The notes: generated by a model from the sequence alone, not told the origin. 64,000 nucleotides of DNA from Deltaproteobacteria bacterium (GCA_040218735.1 JAVJQW010000060.1:12753-76752); one strand, 5' to 3'. Counted from the stretch's first letter, positions 53,974-64,000 are shown. Program-made: numbers and translations.

Positions 53974-54001
53974 CAGCCAAAATGGGGTACGTTCGTGCCG
54001 G

Positions 54002-56128
54002 ATGTCTTTGGCCCGGTCGACGTGGCTCCCCGCCTGCGTGACCCTGCTGCTCGCGGGGCTCGTCGCGCTCGGGCCGGCGCCCGTCGTCGACAACTCGGTC
54101 GACGCCCTCCTCGCCCACGACGACCCCGCAGCCGCCACCTACGTGCGGTTCGAAGAGGCGTTCGGCACCGACGAGATCATCGTTGTCACGCTGCGCGGTG
54201 AAGACATCGACACGCTCCTCGCGCACACCGCGTCCGTCGCCGCGCTCCTCGCCGCCGACCCCGCGACGACGACCACCCTCGACCCCACCACGATCTACAC
54301 CGACGCCCTCGCCGTCCTCACCGACCCGGTCTTCGCCGACGACGCCGACGCGCGGCGCAGCGCCCTCGCGGATCTGAACGGACCCCTCGGGCGGCGCCTC
54401 GATCTGCTCGGCCTCACGCCCCCCCACGCGACGGTCTACGCCTTCACCCGGGTCGTTCCGCCGGCCGAGCGGGAGGCCCTCACGAACCGCCTCTTAGCCG
54501 CCCGCCGCGATGCGGAGTCCGCCGGCCTCCGCATCCGCGTCGCCGGGCCGCCCCTTCTGAACCTCGCGCTCGACCGCGCGGGGCGCGACGTCGCGCAGCT
54601 CGCGCTCCCGCTCCTCGTCGTGGTGTGCCTCGTGGTGTGCCTCGTCGTCCTCCGGAGCGTGCGCGCCACCGCCGCGGTGTTCGCCCCTGTCGGCCTCACC
54701 GTGCTCGCCACCGACCGCGTCTACGCGATGACCGGCCTCAGCACGAACCTCGTCGTCGACATCGCGAAGCCGCTCCTGTTCGTCCTGCTCCTCGCCGGCG
54801 CCCTGCACCTCATCGCGGCGTACCGCGCGAAGTTCGACGGCGACGCGCTCGCCGCCGCCGACGCCGCGGTGAAGAGCAAGGGCCGCGCCGCGATCCTCGC
54901 GCTGCTCACCACGGCGATCGGGTTCTCGAGCCTCGCGCTCGCCGACGTGGTCCCGATCCGGAGGTTCGGCGTCACCGCGGCGGGCGGCCTGCTGTTCGGT
55001 GTCGTCACCGTCGTCGTGCTCGTGCCGGCTTTCGCCGCGCGACTGTGGCCCCGCCCGACGGCCGCCGCGCGGGACCCGATCGCAGGCTTCGCCGTGAGCC
55101 TCGTCCGCGCCGGTCACGGACAGGCGGCGGCGAGCCTCCTCCTCGCCGCCGCGACGATCGCCGCCGGCGCGTGGGCGTTCACGTCGCTCCCGACGGAGCC
55201 GCACGCCATCCGCTACTTCGCGCCCGACCACCCCCTGCGCATGGACTACGAGGCCCTCGAAGCCGGCGGTCACGGGCTCGCGACGCTGGAGGTCGTCGTC
55301 ACGAGCACGGGCGCGGTGGTCGACGAGATCACCCAGCTCGATCGCCTCGCCGCGGACATCGAAGCCCTCGATGGAATCGAAGCCGTCGTCGGCCTCCCCC
55401 TCCTGCTCCGCGAAGCCACCCACCGCACACGCGGCGCCGACGCCCTCCCCGACGCGACCGCCGCGAGGGCCTTCCTCGCCGAACGCCCCGCGCTCCTGTC
55501 GGAGGTGCTCACCGAAGACGGCCACCACGCACGCCTCGCCGCGACCATCCAGACGCTCGACGCCGATCACCTCGATCGACTCGCGACCACCATCCGCCAG
55601 CGGGCGTGGCGCGACGGCATCGAGGTCGAGGTCACCGGCAGTTATCGCCTGCTCCTCGGCGCGCAACGCGGCTTGCTGAAGACGCTCACCGAGAGCCTCG
55701 TCGTCACCTTCCTGCTGATGCAAGTCATCTTGCTCCTCGCGATCCGAAGGAAACGCATCGGCCTCGTCGCGATCGTCCCGAACGTCTTCCCCGTCGCCGC
55801 GACCTTCCTGCTCATGAAGTCCGCCGATATCCCCCTCGACATCGGCACGACCATGACCGCCGCGATCGCGCTCGGCATCGCGGTCGACGACACGCTCCAC
55901 TTCGTCCTCGCCTACGAGCGCCACGGCCTCGACGACGCCGCGCGCCTCACCGGCCAGGCGATCGTGATGAGCTCGGTCGTCATCGGGGCCGGCTTCCTCG
56001 TCCTCCTCGTCACGGACTTCGGCCCGACCCAGAACTTCGGTCTCCTCGCCGGCGCCGCCATGTTCACCGCGCTGTTCGCGGACCTCGTCGTGCTCCCGGC
56101 CGCGCTGCGCTGGGTCGACCGCCCCTGA
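54002..56128 (+). CDS. MMPL/RND-family transporter
   Basis: Two 1+5 TM halves; LTTAIGFSSL, IALGIAVDDTLH, FGLL..ADLVVLPA. Confidence 0.9.
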   Translation: MSLARSTWLPACVTLLLAGLVALGPAPVVDNSVDALLAHDDPAAATYVRFEEAFGTDEIIVVTLRGEDIDTLLAHTASVAALLAADPATTTTLDPTTIYTDALAVLTDPVFADDADARRSALADLNGPLGRRLDLLGLTPPHATVYAFTRVVPPAEREALTNRLLAARRDAESAGLRIRVAGPPLLNLALDRAGRDVAQLALPLLVVVCLVVCLVVLRSVRATAAVFAPVGLTVLATDRVYAMTGLSTNLVVDIAKPLLFVLLLAGALHLIAAYRAKFDGDALAAADAAVKSKGRAAILALLTTAIGFSSLALADVVPIRRFGVTAAGGLLFGVVTVVVLVPAFAARLWPRPTAAARDPIAGFAVSLVRAGHGQAAASLLLAAATIAAGAWAFTSLPTEPHAIRYFAPDHPLRMDYEALEAGGHGLATLEVVVTSTGAVVDEITQLDRLAADIEALDGIEAVVGLPLLLREATHRTRGADALPDATAARAFLAERPALLSEVLTEDGHHARLAATIQTLDADHLDRLATTIRQRAWRDGIEVEVTGSYRLLLGAQRGLLKTLTESLVVTFLLMQVILLLAIRRKRIGLVAIVPNVFPVAATFLLMKSADIPLDIGTTMTAAIALGIAVDDTLHFVLAYERHGLDDAARLTGQAIVMSSVVIGAGFLVLLVTDFGPTQNFGLLAGAAMFTALFADLVVLPAALRWVDRP

Positions 56129-56175
56129 AACGTCGCGAGGTTGCCCGCCGCCTCGATCTCGACCACCGTTCGCTC

Positions 56176-57366
56176 GTGAACCGGTGCCTCGCAGGTCTCG
56201 TCGTGCTCGCCGCGACGGTATCGACGTTCGAGGCCCGCGCGCAGGAGGAGCCCGGCTCGGAGCCGATCCTCGGGGTCCCGCCCGCTGCGCCGCCGCCCGC
56301 AGTGACCGACACCGCGACGACGACGGACACCAGCAGCGTCACGATCGACCCGGCGTGGGAGCGGTACCACGACGCCTTCCTCGCCGTGCTCGCCGGCGAC
56401 CGTGACCGCGGGCGCGAGATCCTACAGTCGGTGATCGACGACTTCGGGACGCACCCCGCGACCGACTTCGCGGCTGAGCTCCTCGCGACGATCCCGCCGA
56501 AGGCCCCTCCGCCGCCGCCCCCACCCCCGACCGAGCCGGCGGGCCCGAAGGATCCGTTTGCCCCCGAGGGCCCCTCCCCGCTCGCGCGCGCGGAGCTCGC
56601 GACGTTCCAAACGCTCTACGGCATCACCGCCGGCGGCCTGATCTGCGGCGCCGCCGAGTGTGACGACGCACGTGTGATCGTCAGCCTCCTCGCGCTCGGC
56701 GGCGGCGGTGGCCTCGCGCTGTCACTGTACGCGACCCGCAACGGCATCACGCCGGGCCGCGCGCAGACGATCAACGCCGCCTCGGGCTGGGGTATCTTCA
56801 ATGGAATCGCACTCGCGAGTGCGCTCGACATGGAGAGCAACGAAGCCTTCGCCACCGTGCTCCTCGGCCAAGGCGCGGGTGTGCTCACCGGCATCGCGAT
56901 CAACAGCTTCCGCGACCCCCGCGGCGGCGACGTCTCGCGCGCCACGAGCTTCGGCCTTTGGGCGTCGACGCTCACGCTCTACGCACACGGGCTCGCGGAC
57001 TTCGAAGCGGACAGCACCACGCTGTGGACGTCGCTCCTGATCGCGGCGGACTTCGGCCTCGCGATCGGCGGCGCGCTCAACTACAAGAACATCGCGCCGA
57101 TGACCCGCGGCCGCGTGCTCCTCATCGACGCCGGCGGCCTCGTCGGCGGGCTCCTCGGGATGGGCTCGGTCGTGCTGATCAAGGGCGACGTCGGCGACGG
57201 CAAAGTCTTCTTCACCGCCGCCATCCTCGGCACCCTCGGCGGGCTCGGCCTGACGACCTACGTGACACGCGCGTGGGACGCCCCCGACGACGTCCTCGAC
57301 GTCACGGTGGGGATCGCGCCGGACGGGCAAGGCGGAGGGTCGTTCGTGGTCGGCGGGCGCTTCTGA
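56176..57366 (+). CDS. Exported/membrane hypothetical protein with Gly-rich hydrophobic helical repeats
   Basis: Signal peptide ending ARA, Pro-rich linkers, TPR-like helix pair, repeated T.GR...I..G..WG units, terminal VGGRF. Confidence 0.65.
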   Translation: MNRCLAGLVVLAATVSTFEARAQEEPGSEPILGVPPAAPPPAVTDTATTTDTSSVTIDPAWERYHDAFLAVLAGDRDRGREILQSVIDDFGTHPATDFAAELLATIPPKAPPPPPPPPTEPAGPKDPFAPEGPSPLARAELATFQTLYGITAGGLICGAAECDDARVIVSLLALGGGGGLALSLYATRNGITPGRAQTINAASGWGIFNGIALASALDMESNEAFATVLLGQGAGVLTGIAINSFRDPRGGDVSRATSFGLWASTLTLYAHGLADFEADSTTLWTSLLIAADFGLAIGGALNYKNIAPMTRGRVLLIDAGGLVGGLLGMGSVVLIKGDVGDGKVFFTAAILGTLGGLGLTTYVTRAWDAPDDVLDVTVGIAPDGQGGGSFVVGGRF

Positions 57367-57384
57367 GCAGCGCCCGCCGTCACG

Positions 57385-58725
57385 TCAGCGCAACAGCGCG
57401 CCGTCTTCGTCGAAGAAGGCCGTGATGCCGACGGGGTTCGTGTCCGCCGCCTGATTCATCATCGACTGCAGCACCCCCGGGCGCCCCGGGTCGCTCGCGA
57501 CCCCGGCCAGCGGCTTCATCGTGAAGGGCCCCGGCGCGTTGTCCGGCTCCGGCTCGACGGTGATGACCATCGTGGCGCCCACGAGATCGATCGGCGGGTT
57601 CACGAAGTCTTGCCCGGGGAACGGCGGGGTCGGCTCGGGGCCGGCCTGCGGGCCAGCGCCATCGCTGTCGGCGCCTTCGACGCTCGTGAAACGCCCGGTC
57701 GAGATCGGGCCCCGGTCGGTCACGACCCAGCCCTCGTAGACCCAGCCGCCGGGGAGCGTCGGGAGGTTGAGCGTCGGCGCGGGGCCGGCGGGGTCGAGCC
57801 ACCACACGCCGTTCGCGTAGGAAGCGTTCGGGTCGCTGGGCGCCGCGAGGATGAACGAGCCGGCCGCCTCGCCGAAGAACGTGCCGAGCGCCGCGGGGTG
57901 CTGCACGCCGAGGTTCGACACGAAGCCGCTGTAGTCCCCCGCGAGGATGTGCGTCGCGGCCGGTGCCGGGTCGTCGTTGAACTTCGGCTCGATGGTCAGG
58001 ACGAACGCCGTCGAGTCGCGCGCGTCGGACTCGAGCACGTCGAACGAGAACGTCTCGTCGCTCTGCGAGACCTCGAAGCGTCCGCTCGAGATCGGCCCGG
58101 CCGAAGTGATGATCCAACCCTCGTAAACATAGTCGGGGCCCAGCGGCTCCAGGCCGACGTAGCGCATCACCAGCTCGGCGCGTTTCGGCGTCGACTGCTG
58201 CGGCGACAGACCGCACCACGCGTCGCGCGCGTCCTTGCCGCACACGAAGCGATCACTCTCGACCACCGTCACCGCGTTCGGGCGCAGGTCGTTCGCGCGG
58301 GCCAGCGCGCCGAACAGCTCACTCGCCGCCGACGCGCCACGCGCACCGTGCACTGTGAACTCGAAGCCGTCGACCGAAGTCGACAGGTCCGCCGAAGCGA
58401 TCTGGCAGAGTGTGTCGTTCACCCGCGCGACACACGCGAGGTACGTGCCGAGCAGGTAGGTGTGGCCGTCGCGCTCGAGGCGCCGGACGCCGCCCGCCGC
58501 GTCGAGCACCGCGTACAGGTCCAAGGCGGCGTCGCCGCGGAGCTCGGCCAGGCGGCCGCCGCGGATGTCGTAGAGGGTGACTTCGTCCCCACTGAGGCCG
58601 CTCGTCGCGAGCGCGTCGAGGTCGATGACGTCGTCCATCGCCTTGTCAGGGTTTTGACCGCCGCAGGCCACGGCGGTGGCGAGGCCCGCGAGGGCGATCG
58701 GTCGGATCCATGCGTTCTTCTTCAC
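57385..58725 (-). CDS. Lipoprotein with duplicated YEGW..PIS.GRF domain (RskA C-terminal-like)
   Basis: Lipobox AVAC; YVYEGWII..GPISSGRF...LTIEP and WVYEGWVV..GPISTGRF...ITVEP. Confidence 0.75.
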   Translation of the reverse strand: MKKNAWIRPIALAGLATAVACGGQNPDKAMDDVIDLDALATSGLSGDEVTLYDIRGGRLAELRGDAALDLYAVLDAAGGVRRLERDGHTYLLGTYLACVARVNDTLCQIASADLSTSVDGFEFTVHGARGASAASELFGALARANDLRPNAVTVVESDRFVCGKDARDAWCGLSPQQSTPKRAELVMRYVGLEPLGPDYVYEGWIITSAGPISSGRFEVSQSDETFSFDVLESDARDSTAFVLTIEPKFNDDPAPAATHILAGDYSGFVSNLGVQHPAALGTFFGEAAGSFILAAPSDPNASYANGVWWLDPAGPAPTLNLPTLPGGWVYEGWVVTDRGPISTGRFTSVEGADSDGAGPQAGPEPTPPFPGQDFVNPPIDLVGATMVITVEPEPDNAPGPFTMKPLAGVASDPGRPGVLQSMMNQAADTNPVGITAFFDEDGALLR

Positions 58726-58848
58726 GATTGTTCTCTCCCGTCCGCAAGCTGTGCGGAACGAGGGAGGACTTACGCGGAGTCGATCGTTCTAATCCAGAAG
58801 AAGAACGGCGATTGATTGCCCAGGTTTTTGGAACGATCGCCGCGCGAG

Positions 58849-60984
58849 TCACTCGGGGAGCACGGACAGCAACGTCCGCGACGCCTCGGCCTCCGAGGTC
58901 CCGGGCCACTGCTCGACCACGCGCTCGTAAGCCTTGCGCGCGTCCTTGATGCGCCCCGCGTTCGACAGCTCGGTCCCCGCCATCATCCACATCCGACGGT
59001 GCGGCACGTACTCCGTCTCCGGAAACTCCTTGGCGACGCGGATGTACACCTCGGCCGCGCGCTCGTTCTGACCGGCGCGCGAAAGCTCGCTCCCGTAGCG
59101 CTGCAACACGAGCGGCTCGATCTCCTTCGGATCGAACTTCTTCGACGCGAGCTCCTTCACTTCCTTGTCCGTCCGCGGGTTCACCTTCGCGTTGATCTTC
59201 TTCCACCGCGCGAGCGCCTTCTTGGCCCGCGGTACGTCGAAGCGCGCGACCGCGAAGTCCACGGCGATCTCATGCAGGTCGTCCGCTTTCGGCAGACGCG
59301 CGAGCCCCTCTTCGATCTTCGCGAACGCCTCGCGGTCACGACCGACCCCGAACAATGCCTTCGCCGCGTCCCGGTACGAACGCTCCAGCTGCCGCTCGAA
59401 CCGCTCCTGCGCGCGCTCCGGATCCCGCGGCGGGCTCCGCCGGGTGTTTCGCTTCTGCTGGCCCTGCACGCGCTTCGTCAGGCGCTCATCGATCTTCATC
59501 GACAACAGCTTCGAACACGCGCGATCGCTCGCGTCCGCGTCCGGGTTCCGGAAACAGTCATCCTCGATCGGTCCGCGCACCTCGTGGTCGACGCGATCCA
59601 ACTTGCGCTGCAGCACCTTCACGTTGCGCTCGGCGCGGTCCTTCGCGATCGCGCCGTCCTTCGTCTTCGACACCTGCGCGACGATCGCCTGCATCGTCTT
59701 CATCGACGTCACGTTGCGCATCGCCGAGATGAGATCGGACACCGCGTCGTCCTCTTCCTCCGTCCCCATCGCGAGCTCGAGGAACTTGCGACACGCCTCG
59801 ATCTTCGGCGCCTCCAGCTGGTGACGACCGCAGTGCATTTCGGCCCGGTACATGTCCGAAGCCTTCTCGATGCCCGCGAGCGACCGCTTGCCCTGGTCCT
59901 TCTTCTCCAGCTCCGTGAGCGCGCGCTCCACGCTCATGCGCGTCGACTGGAAGTACATCGAGCTCGGGTAGCGCTTCATGTGCTCGCGGCCGTAGCTCAC
60001 CACGTCGGCGTTCGCCCGCAGCTGCACACTCGCCATGACGTACAGCGCCAACGCCATCGAGTTCAGCGGCTCACCGCGCGTCCCCATGCTGTAGCGCACC
60101 GAGTCCGGCAGCTTCAGCTCGAGGATCTTGCCCGTCGCGCGTTTGAGATCCCGCGCGCTCCCCGGGAGGTTCGTGCTGAGCGTCGTGAGCGCGGGCCCCA
60201 GCTCGTCGTAGGGCCCCTTGTTCTTCGCGATCTCGTCGATGCGCGCGATCAACCGCTCGACGTTCTTCTCCACCGTCACCCGCCGCTGCTCCGAGATGCG
60301 ACCAATGTCCTCGCGGATGCCGGCGAGCAGCGACTTCGCGGCGTCGAAGCGGTCGTCCGCCGCGAGCGCAGCCTGCAGCGCCTTCTTCGCGGCTTCGATG
60401 TCGCCGCGGTCCAACGCGGCCAGACCGCTCGACCACGAGGAGAACGCGTCGAACGACTCCGTCGCGACGCGCCCCATCTTCGCCGCCGCCCGCCGCGACG
60501 CCTTCACGCCGATGCCGTCGAGCAGCGCGGACGCGAGCTCCTTCTCCAGGAGGAACAGCTCCTGCTTCTTGCCCTCGACCTTCGTGCTGAAGACGACCTT
60601 GCTCGTCGCCACCTCCACGACGCGCCCGTCGATCCGCAGCGCGGGATCGATCGAGATGAACGCCCCCGTCACGATGTACTTCGCGCCGAGCCCCTCCCCC
60701 ATCTTCGACGCCGTCTTGGGATCGATGAACTTCGTCTCCCCCAGCTTCAGCTCGTCCAGCACGTCGTTGAGCCGCTGGCGCTCCACGACCTGGATCGTGT
60801 CGACGTGGGACAAGTCCGTAATCAGCATGTCCGCGAGGCCGCGGCCGAGGGGGTCGAAGGCTGCATCGCCGGTGTTGTTCGTGAAGTAGGTGATCGCCAG
60901 GGAGGTCGGCGCCGCGTCCGCAACATTCGCGCGGCCGAGCACCGCGACCGTGAGGGTCACCGAGAACGCGAGACAGCGCTTCAT
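58849..60984 (-). CDS. Exported CsgG/FlgO-like domain protein with TPR-like repeats
   Basis: Signal peptide; LAITYF.N, GLADMLITDL, VVERQRL..VLDEL, GAKYIVTG; C-terminal TPR (YERVVEQWP). Confidence 0.8.
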   Translation of the reverse strand: MKRCLAFSVTLTVAVLGRANVADAAPTSLAITYFTNNTGDAAFDPLGRGLADMLITDLSHVDTIQVVERQRLNDVLDELKLGETKFIDPKTASKMGEGLGAKYIVTGAFISIDPALRIDGRVVEVATSKVVFSTKVEGKKQELFLLEKELASALLDGIGVKASRRAAAKMGRVATESFDAFSSWSSGLAALDRGDIEAAKKALQAALAADDRFDAAKSLLAGIREDIGRISEQRRVTVEKNVERLIARIDEIAKNKGPYDELGPALTTLSTNLPGSARDLKRATGKILELKLPDSVRYSMGTRGEPLNSMALALYVMASVQLRANADVVSYGREHMKRYPSSMYFQSTRMSVERALTELEKKDQGKRSLAGIEKASDMYRAEMHCGRHQLEAPKIEACRKFLELAMGTEEEDDAVSDLISAMRNVTSMKTMQAIVAQVSKTKDGAIAKDRAERNVKVLQRKLDRVDHEVRGPIEDDCFRNPDADASDRACSKLLSMKIDERLTKRVQGQQKRNTRRSPPRDPERAQERFERQLERSYRDAAKALFGVGRDREAFAKIEEGLARLPKADDLHEIAVDFAVARFDVPRAKKALARWKKINAKVNPRTDKEVKELASKKFDPKEIEPLVLQRYGSELSRAGQNERAAEVYIRVAKEFPETEYVPHRRMWMMAGTELSNAGRIKDARKAYERVVEQWPGTSEAEASRTLLSVLPE

Positions 60985-61027
60985 CGCGCTGGACCATACC
61001 GCATCACTTCCGCTAGCGGATCGCCCC

Positions 61028-61972
61028 GTGACCGAGGAGCGCCATCCTTCCGCCGTCGCGTTGATCTGGCTGTTCGTGCGCTGGATGCCGGCCGTCGTCA
61101 TGGTGTCGTTCCTCACGTTGTGGAGCCTCGTGATCATGGGCGGCATGGCCCGCGTGCTCGGGTGGCTGTTCATCACGCAGGTCACGCCGGGCCTCGCGTT
61201 CTTCGTCGCGATGTGCGTCGTGATCTACGCGCTCGTCCGCCGACGCATCTCGCGCCCGATGATCGTCGCGTGGGTGCTCGGGTTGTTCGTCATGTTCCCC
61301 GCGCTGTGGGGGGCCGGCGTGTTCGGCGTGAAGTATCCGGCGTCGCTCGACGACGAACCGGCCGCGCGCATCCGCGTCCCGAGCCGCGAGCGCATGCGGG
61401 TGTACTGGGGCGGCGACGAGCTCGAGAAGAACTACCACGCGCTCTACCCGGACCAGCGCTTCGCGTACGACCTGGTGATCGAACCCGCCGGCACGAAGTC
61501 GGAGCGCCTCGAGGACTACGGCTGCTACGGCGCCGAGGTCCTCGCGCCCGCGGCCGGGGAGATCGTCGTCGCGCACGACGGCGAACCGGATCAGAAGCCG
61601 GGTGAGATCGTCGACGAGGCGCTCGCCGGGAACCACATCGGGATCGAGCTGTCGTCGAAAACGTACCTGTTGCTCGCGCACCTGATGCCGGGTTCGTTGA
61701 AGGTCGCGGTCGGCGACCAGGTCGTCGCCGGCCAACCGCTCGCGAAGTGCGGCAACTCCGGCCGCACCTCCGAGCCCCACCTGCACATCCACCACCAGCG
61801 GCAGGACCCGCGCAAAGTGCCCTTCGGATTCGCGGAGGGGCTGCCGCTGTTCTTCGAGCACCTCGACGGCCCCGAGCACCCGCAGGGCGGCATGCGTCAG
61901 GACGGCGACACCCTCGTCCTGCTCGGTGACTACATCCGCGACCTCAGGACGAGCACCACCGCCGTGCAGTAA
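61028..61972 (+). CDS. Membrane-anchored M23-family metallopeptidase
   Basis: Three N-terminal TMs; QRFAYD, VLAPAAG, GNHI, LAHL, CGNSGRTSEPHLHIH. Confidence 0.87.
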   Translation: MTEERHPSAVALIWLFVRWMPAVVMVSFLTLWSLVIMGGMARVLGWLFITQVTPGLAFFVAMCVVIYALVRRRISRPMIVAWVLGLFVMFPALWGAGVFGVKYPASLDDEPAARIRVPSRERMRVYWGGDELEKNYHALYPDQRFAYDLVIEPAGTKSERLEDYGCYGAEVLAPAAGEIVVAHDGEPDQKPGEIVDEALAGNHIGIELSSKTYLLLAHLMPGSLKVAVGDQVVAGQPLAKCGNSGRTSEPHLHIHHQRQDPRKVPFGFAEGLPLFFEHLDGPEHPQGGMRQDGDTLVLLGDYIRDLRTSTTAVQ

Positions 61973-61981
61973 GCTCTCCGT

Positions 61982-63508
61982 GTGGGCGACGTCTGGGTCA
62001 CCGGGTTCGAGCCGTTCGCCGGCGTCCCCGAGAACCGCTCCGCGCTCGCGGTCGAGCGCCTCGAAGACGACCTCGCGGATCATCGACTCCGCACCGCGGT
62101 GCTCCCGGTGGACACCGACGCCGTGGGGCCGCCCCTCGAAGCGATCTACGCGAGCGCGCCAGTCGCGGTGCTGCACGTTGGCGTCGCGGATCGCGATGCG
62201 ATCTGCGTGGAGCGCACCGCGGTGAACCGCCGCCGCTTCCGCGTGCCCGACAACGCGGGCCGCGTCCTTCACGACGCCCCGGTGATCGAGGGCGCTCCCG
62301 AGACGCTCACGTCGCGGCTCGACGTCAAAGCGATCCAGCGCGCGCTCGTCGAGGACGGGTACGTCGCGCGCATCAGCGACGACGCGGGCACATACCTGTG
62401 CAACCAGACGATGTTCACGTCGCTGCATCGACTCCCGGCGTCGGTGCCGACGGGTTTTTTGCACGTCCCGGTGCGCGCGGACGTCGAACGGATCGTGGCG
62501 GCGATTCGACGGGTCCTCACGATCACGCTGTGCCTCGTGGCGCTGTTCGCGTCGCCCGCGGAGGCGAAGGAGCTCCCGTTCATGAAGGGCATGACCGTCT
62601 CGTGCCCCGGCTACGGTCGTGTGTGGGGGGCGCCGCCGATGCAGGCGAGCCTCGAACAGCTGCGCGGGCTGGGTGTGGAGTGGGTCGCGATCCACCCCTA
62701 CGCCCGGATCCGTCGCGATGGCTCCATTCAGTATACTCCCGCGGAAGAGACGGGCTACCTCGGCGGCGCGGTGAAGATCGCGGCCGCTGAGAAGATGAAG
62801 CTCTTCTGGAAGCCGCACCTCGCCTACTGGGGCTCGTTCGAGTGGCGAGGCGCGATCACGTTCGACAGCGAGGAGGCGTGGAAACGATTCTTCGCCTCCT
62901 ACGAGCGCTGGATCGTCGACCAGGCGCGCTTCGCCGCGAAGCACCGCGTCCCGGTGTTCGCGGTGGGCACCGAGTACAAGGCGACGAGTGGTCGCGAGGC
63001 GTCGTGGCGGAAGATCATCGCGGCGGTTCGGAAGGTCTACGACGGCCAGATCACCTACGCGGCGAACTGGGACGAGTACCGCGCGGTGAAGTTCTGGGAC
63101 GCGGTCGACCTCATCGGCGTGCAGGCGTACTTCCCGGTGGGCGGCGAACAGCCGACCAAGCGCGCGATCGACGCGGCGTGGGATCAGCACCTGCTCGACC
63201 TCGCCCACCTCTCGCGGACGACGAAGCGACCGGTGGTATTCACGGAGCTCGGCTATCCGCGCAGCACCAACGCCGCCGCCGAGCCGTGGAAGCCGGCGAC
63301 CGACGGCAGCGCCTCCGCGATCGCGCTGCGGACGATGTTGATGGACTCGGCCCTCGAACGCATCGCGAAGGCCCCCCACGTGCGCGGCGTCTTCTGGTGG
63401 AAGTGGCTACCGAGCGGGTCGTTCTTCCAGTCGGACTTCTCGATGCGCGACGACGAAGCGCGCGAGGTCTTGAAGCGCCGGTGGGGCGCGACGCCGGCTA
63501 GGCCATAA
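61982..63508 (+). CDS. Fusion ORF: pyroglutamyl-peptidase I (C15) + internal signal/TM + GH113-like TIM-barrel glycoside hydrolase
   Basis: VTGFEPF..N.S, ERTAVN, SDDAGTYLCN, FLHVP; then VLTITLCLVALFASPAEA; then KPHL, VGTEY, ITYAANWD, IGVQAYFP, FTELGY, FWWKW. Confidence 0.8.
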   Translation: MGDVWVTGFEPFAGVPENRSALAVERLEDDLADHRLRTAVLPVDTDAVGPPLEAIYASAPVAVLHVGVADRDAICVERTAVNRRRFRVPDNAGRVLHDAPVIEGAPETLTSRLDVKAIQRALVEDGYVARISDDAGTYLCNQTMFTSLHRLPASVPTGFLHVPVRADVERIVAAIRRVLTITLCLVALFASPAEAKELPFMKGMTVSCPGYGRVWGAPPMQASLEQLRGLGVEWVAIHPYARIRRDGSIQYTPAEETGYLGGAVKIAAAEKMKLFWKPHLAYWGSFEWRGAITFDSEEAWKRFFASYERWIVDQARFAAKHRVPVFAVGTEYKATSGREASWRKIIAAVRKVYDGQITYAANWDEYRAVKFWDAVDLIGVQAYFPVGGEQPTKRAIDAAWDQHLLDLAHLSRTTKRPVVFTELGYPRSTNAAAEPWKPATDGSASAIALRTMLMDSALERIAKAPHVRGVFWWKWLPSGSFFQSDFSMRDDEAREVLKRRWGATPARP

Positions 63509-64000
63509 CGCCGCTCCGCTTCGCGGACCGCCTTGGCGCAGTCTTCGAACCGGCCGCATTCGCGACCGGCGTCCTTAGGCCCAATGCCGTTGACTTAGCG
63601 GATCTGGCCACCTGGAGATGCCGTAGGCGGGGGAATGACACGCCCGACGCACCTTGGAACCATCGCTCGACATTGGTGCCCCGCCGGCCCGCACGGTGCG
63701 CGCTCCACGTAGGCAGGAGGTCGGCGGTGGGCTCGGCTCGATGGTCGGCGGCACTCGCCATGCTCTCCATGTCGCGCTCGCGGCGCCGTCATCCCCCAGA
63801 TGGATCTTCGCGGCCTCGCACGCGAGTAATCCACGCCGCCTTCGACGCGTTCAACGAGACCACTGGAATCAGCGTCGGATGATTGCGCCGACGGCGGTCG
63901 AGGGCTGCGATGGACCGGTGAGGTTCGCCGGCTGGTGAGAGGGGATGGCCGGTCGCGCAAGTTGAGTTGCAGAAGAAGTCTTCTTTTCGTTTTCTGGGGG

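Noticed and set aside
57385-58725. Functional anti-sigma factor
   Set aside because: It resembles only the extracytoplasmic RskA-like domain; it is a lipoprotein with no cytoplasmic sigma-binding part and no adjacent sigma gene.
63500-63600. Possible integron attC site (CATAAC ... GTTGAC)
   Set aside because: The boxes do not fit RYYYAAC/GTTRRRY complementarity and no cassette array or active integrase is visible.

Overview
High-GC bacterial chromosomal segment with strong Myxococcota (myxobacterial) hallmarks: two MYXO-CTERM tails, myxobacterial Cys-rich CGNG..CDDGN..GDGC repeats, and many lipoproteins with DAG linkers. About 50 protein-coding genes can be supported; I see no rRNA, tRNA, CRISPR array or intact mobile element. 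Recognisable housekeeping content: oligopeptidase A, NhaA, an arsR-acr3-arsC-arsH operon with a duplicated operator, TatD, sucAB, a rhomboid protease, a double FKBP and a FadR-regulated lipid module. Most notable: (1) the 2-oxoglutarate dehydrogenase E1 (SucA) carries an apparently intact cyclic-nucleotide-binding domain inserted near its N-terminus. (2) An ECF sigma / anti-sigma / exported CHAT (caspase-like) protease / subtilase operon lies back-to-back with a tyrosinase-sulfatase-multiheme cytochrome operon. (3) A LysR-divergent Cys/Trp-tailed lipopeptide is coupled to a ferritin-like diiron enzyme (RiPP-like). (4) A sigma54 cluster holds a T3SS-needle-like protein and a sensor-less enhancer-binding protein. 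Smaller oddities include an inverted-repeat-bounded in-frame insert in sucB, a degenerate recombinase with twin palindromes, a His-less hybrid kinase, a pyroglutamyl-peptidase/glycoside-hydrolase fusion and repeated leaderless-type promoter geometry. All family calls come from motif recognition by eye; no database searches were run.
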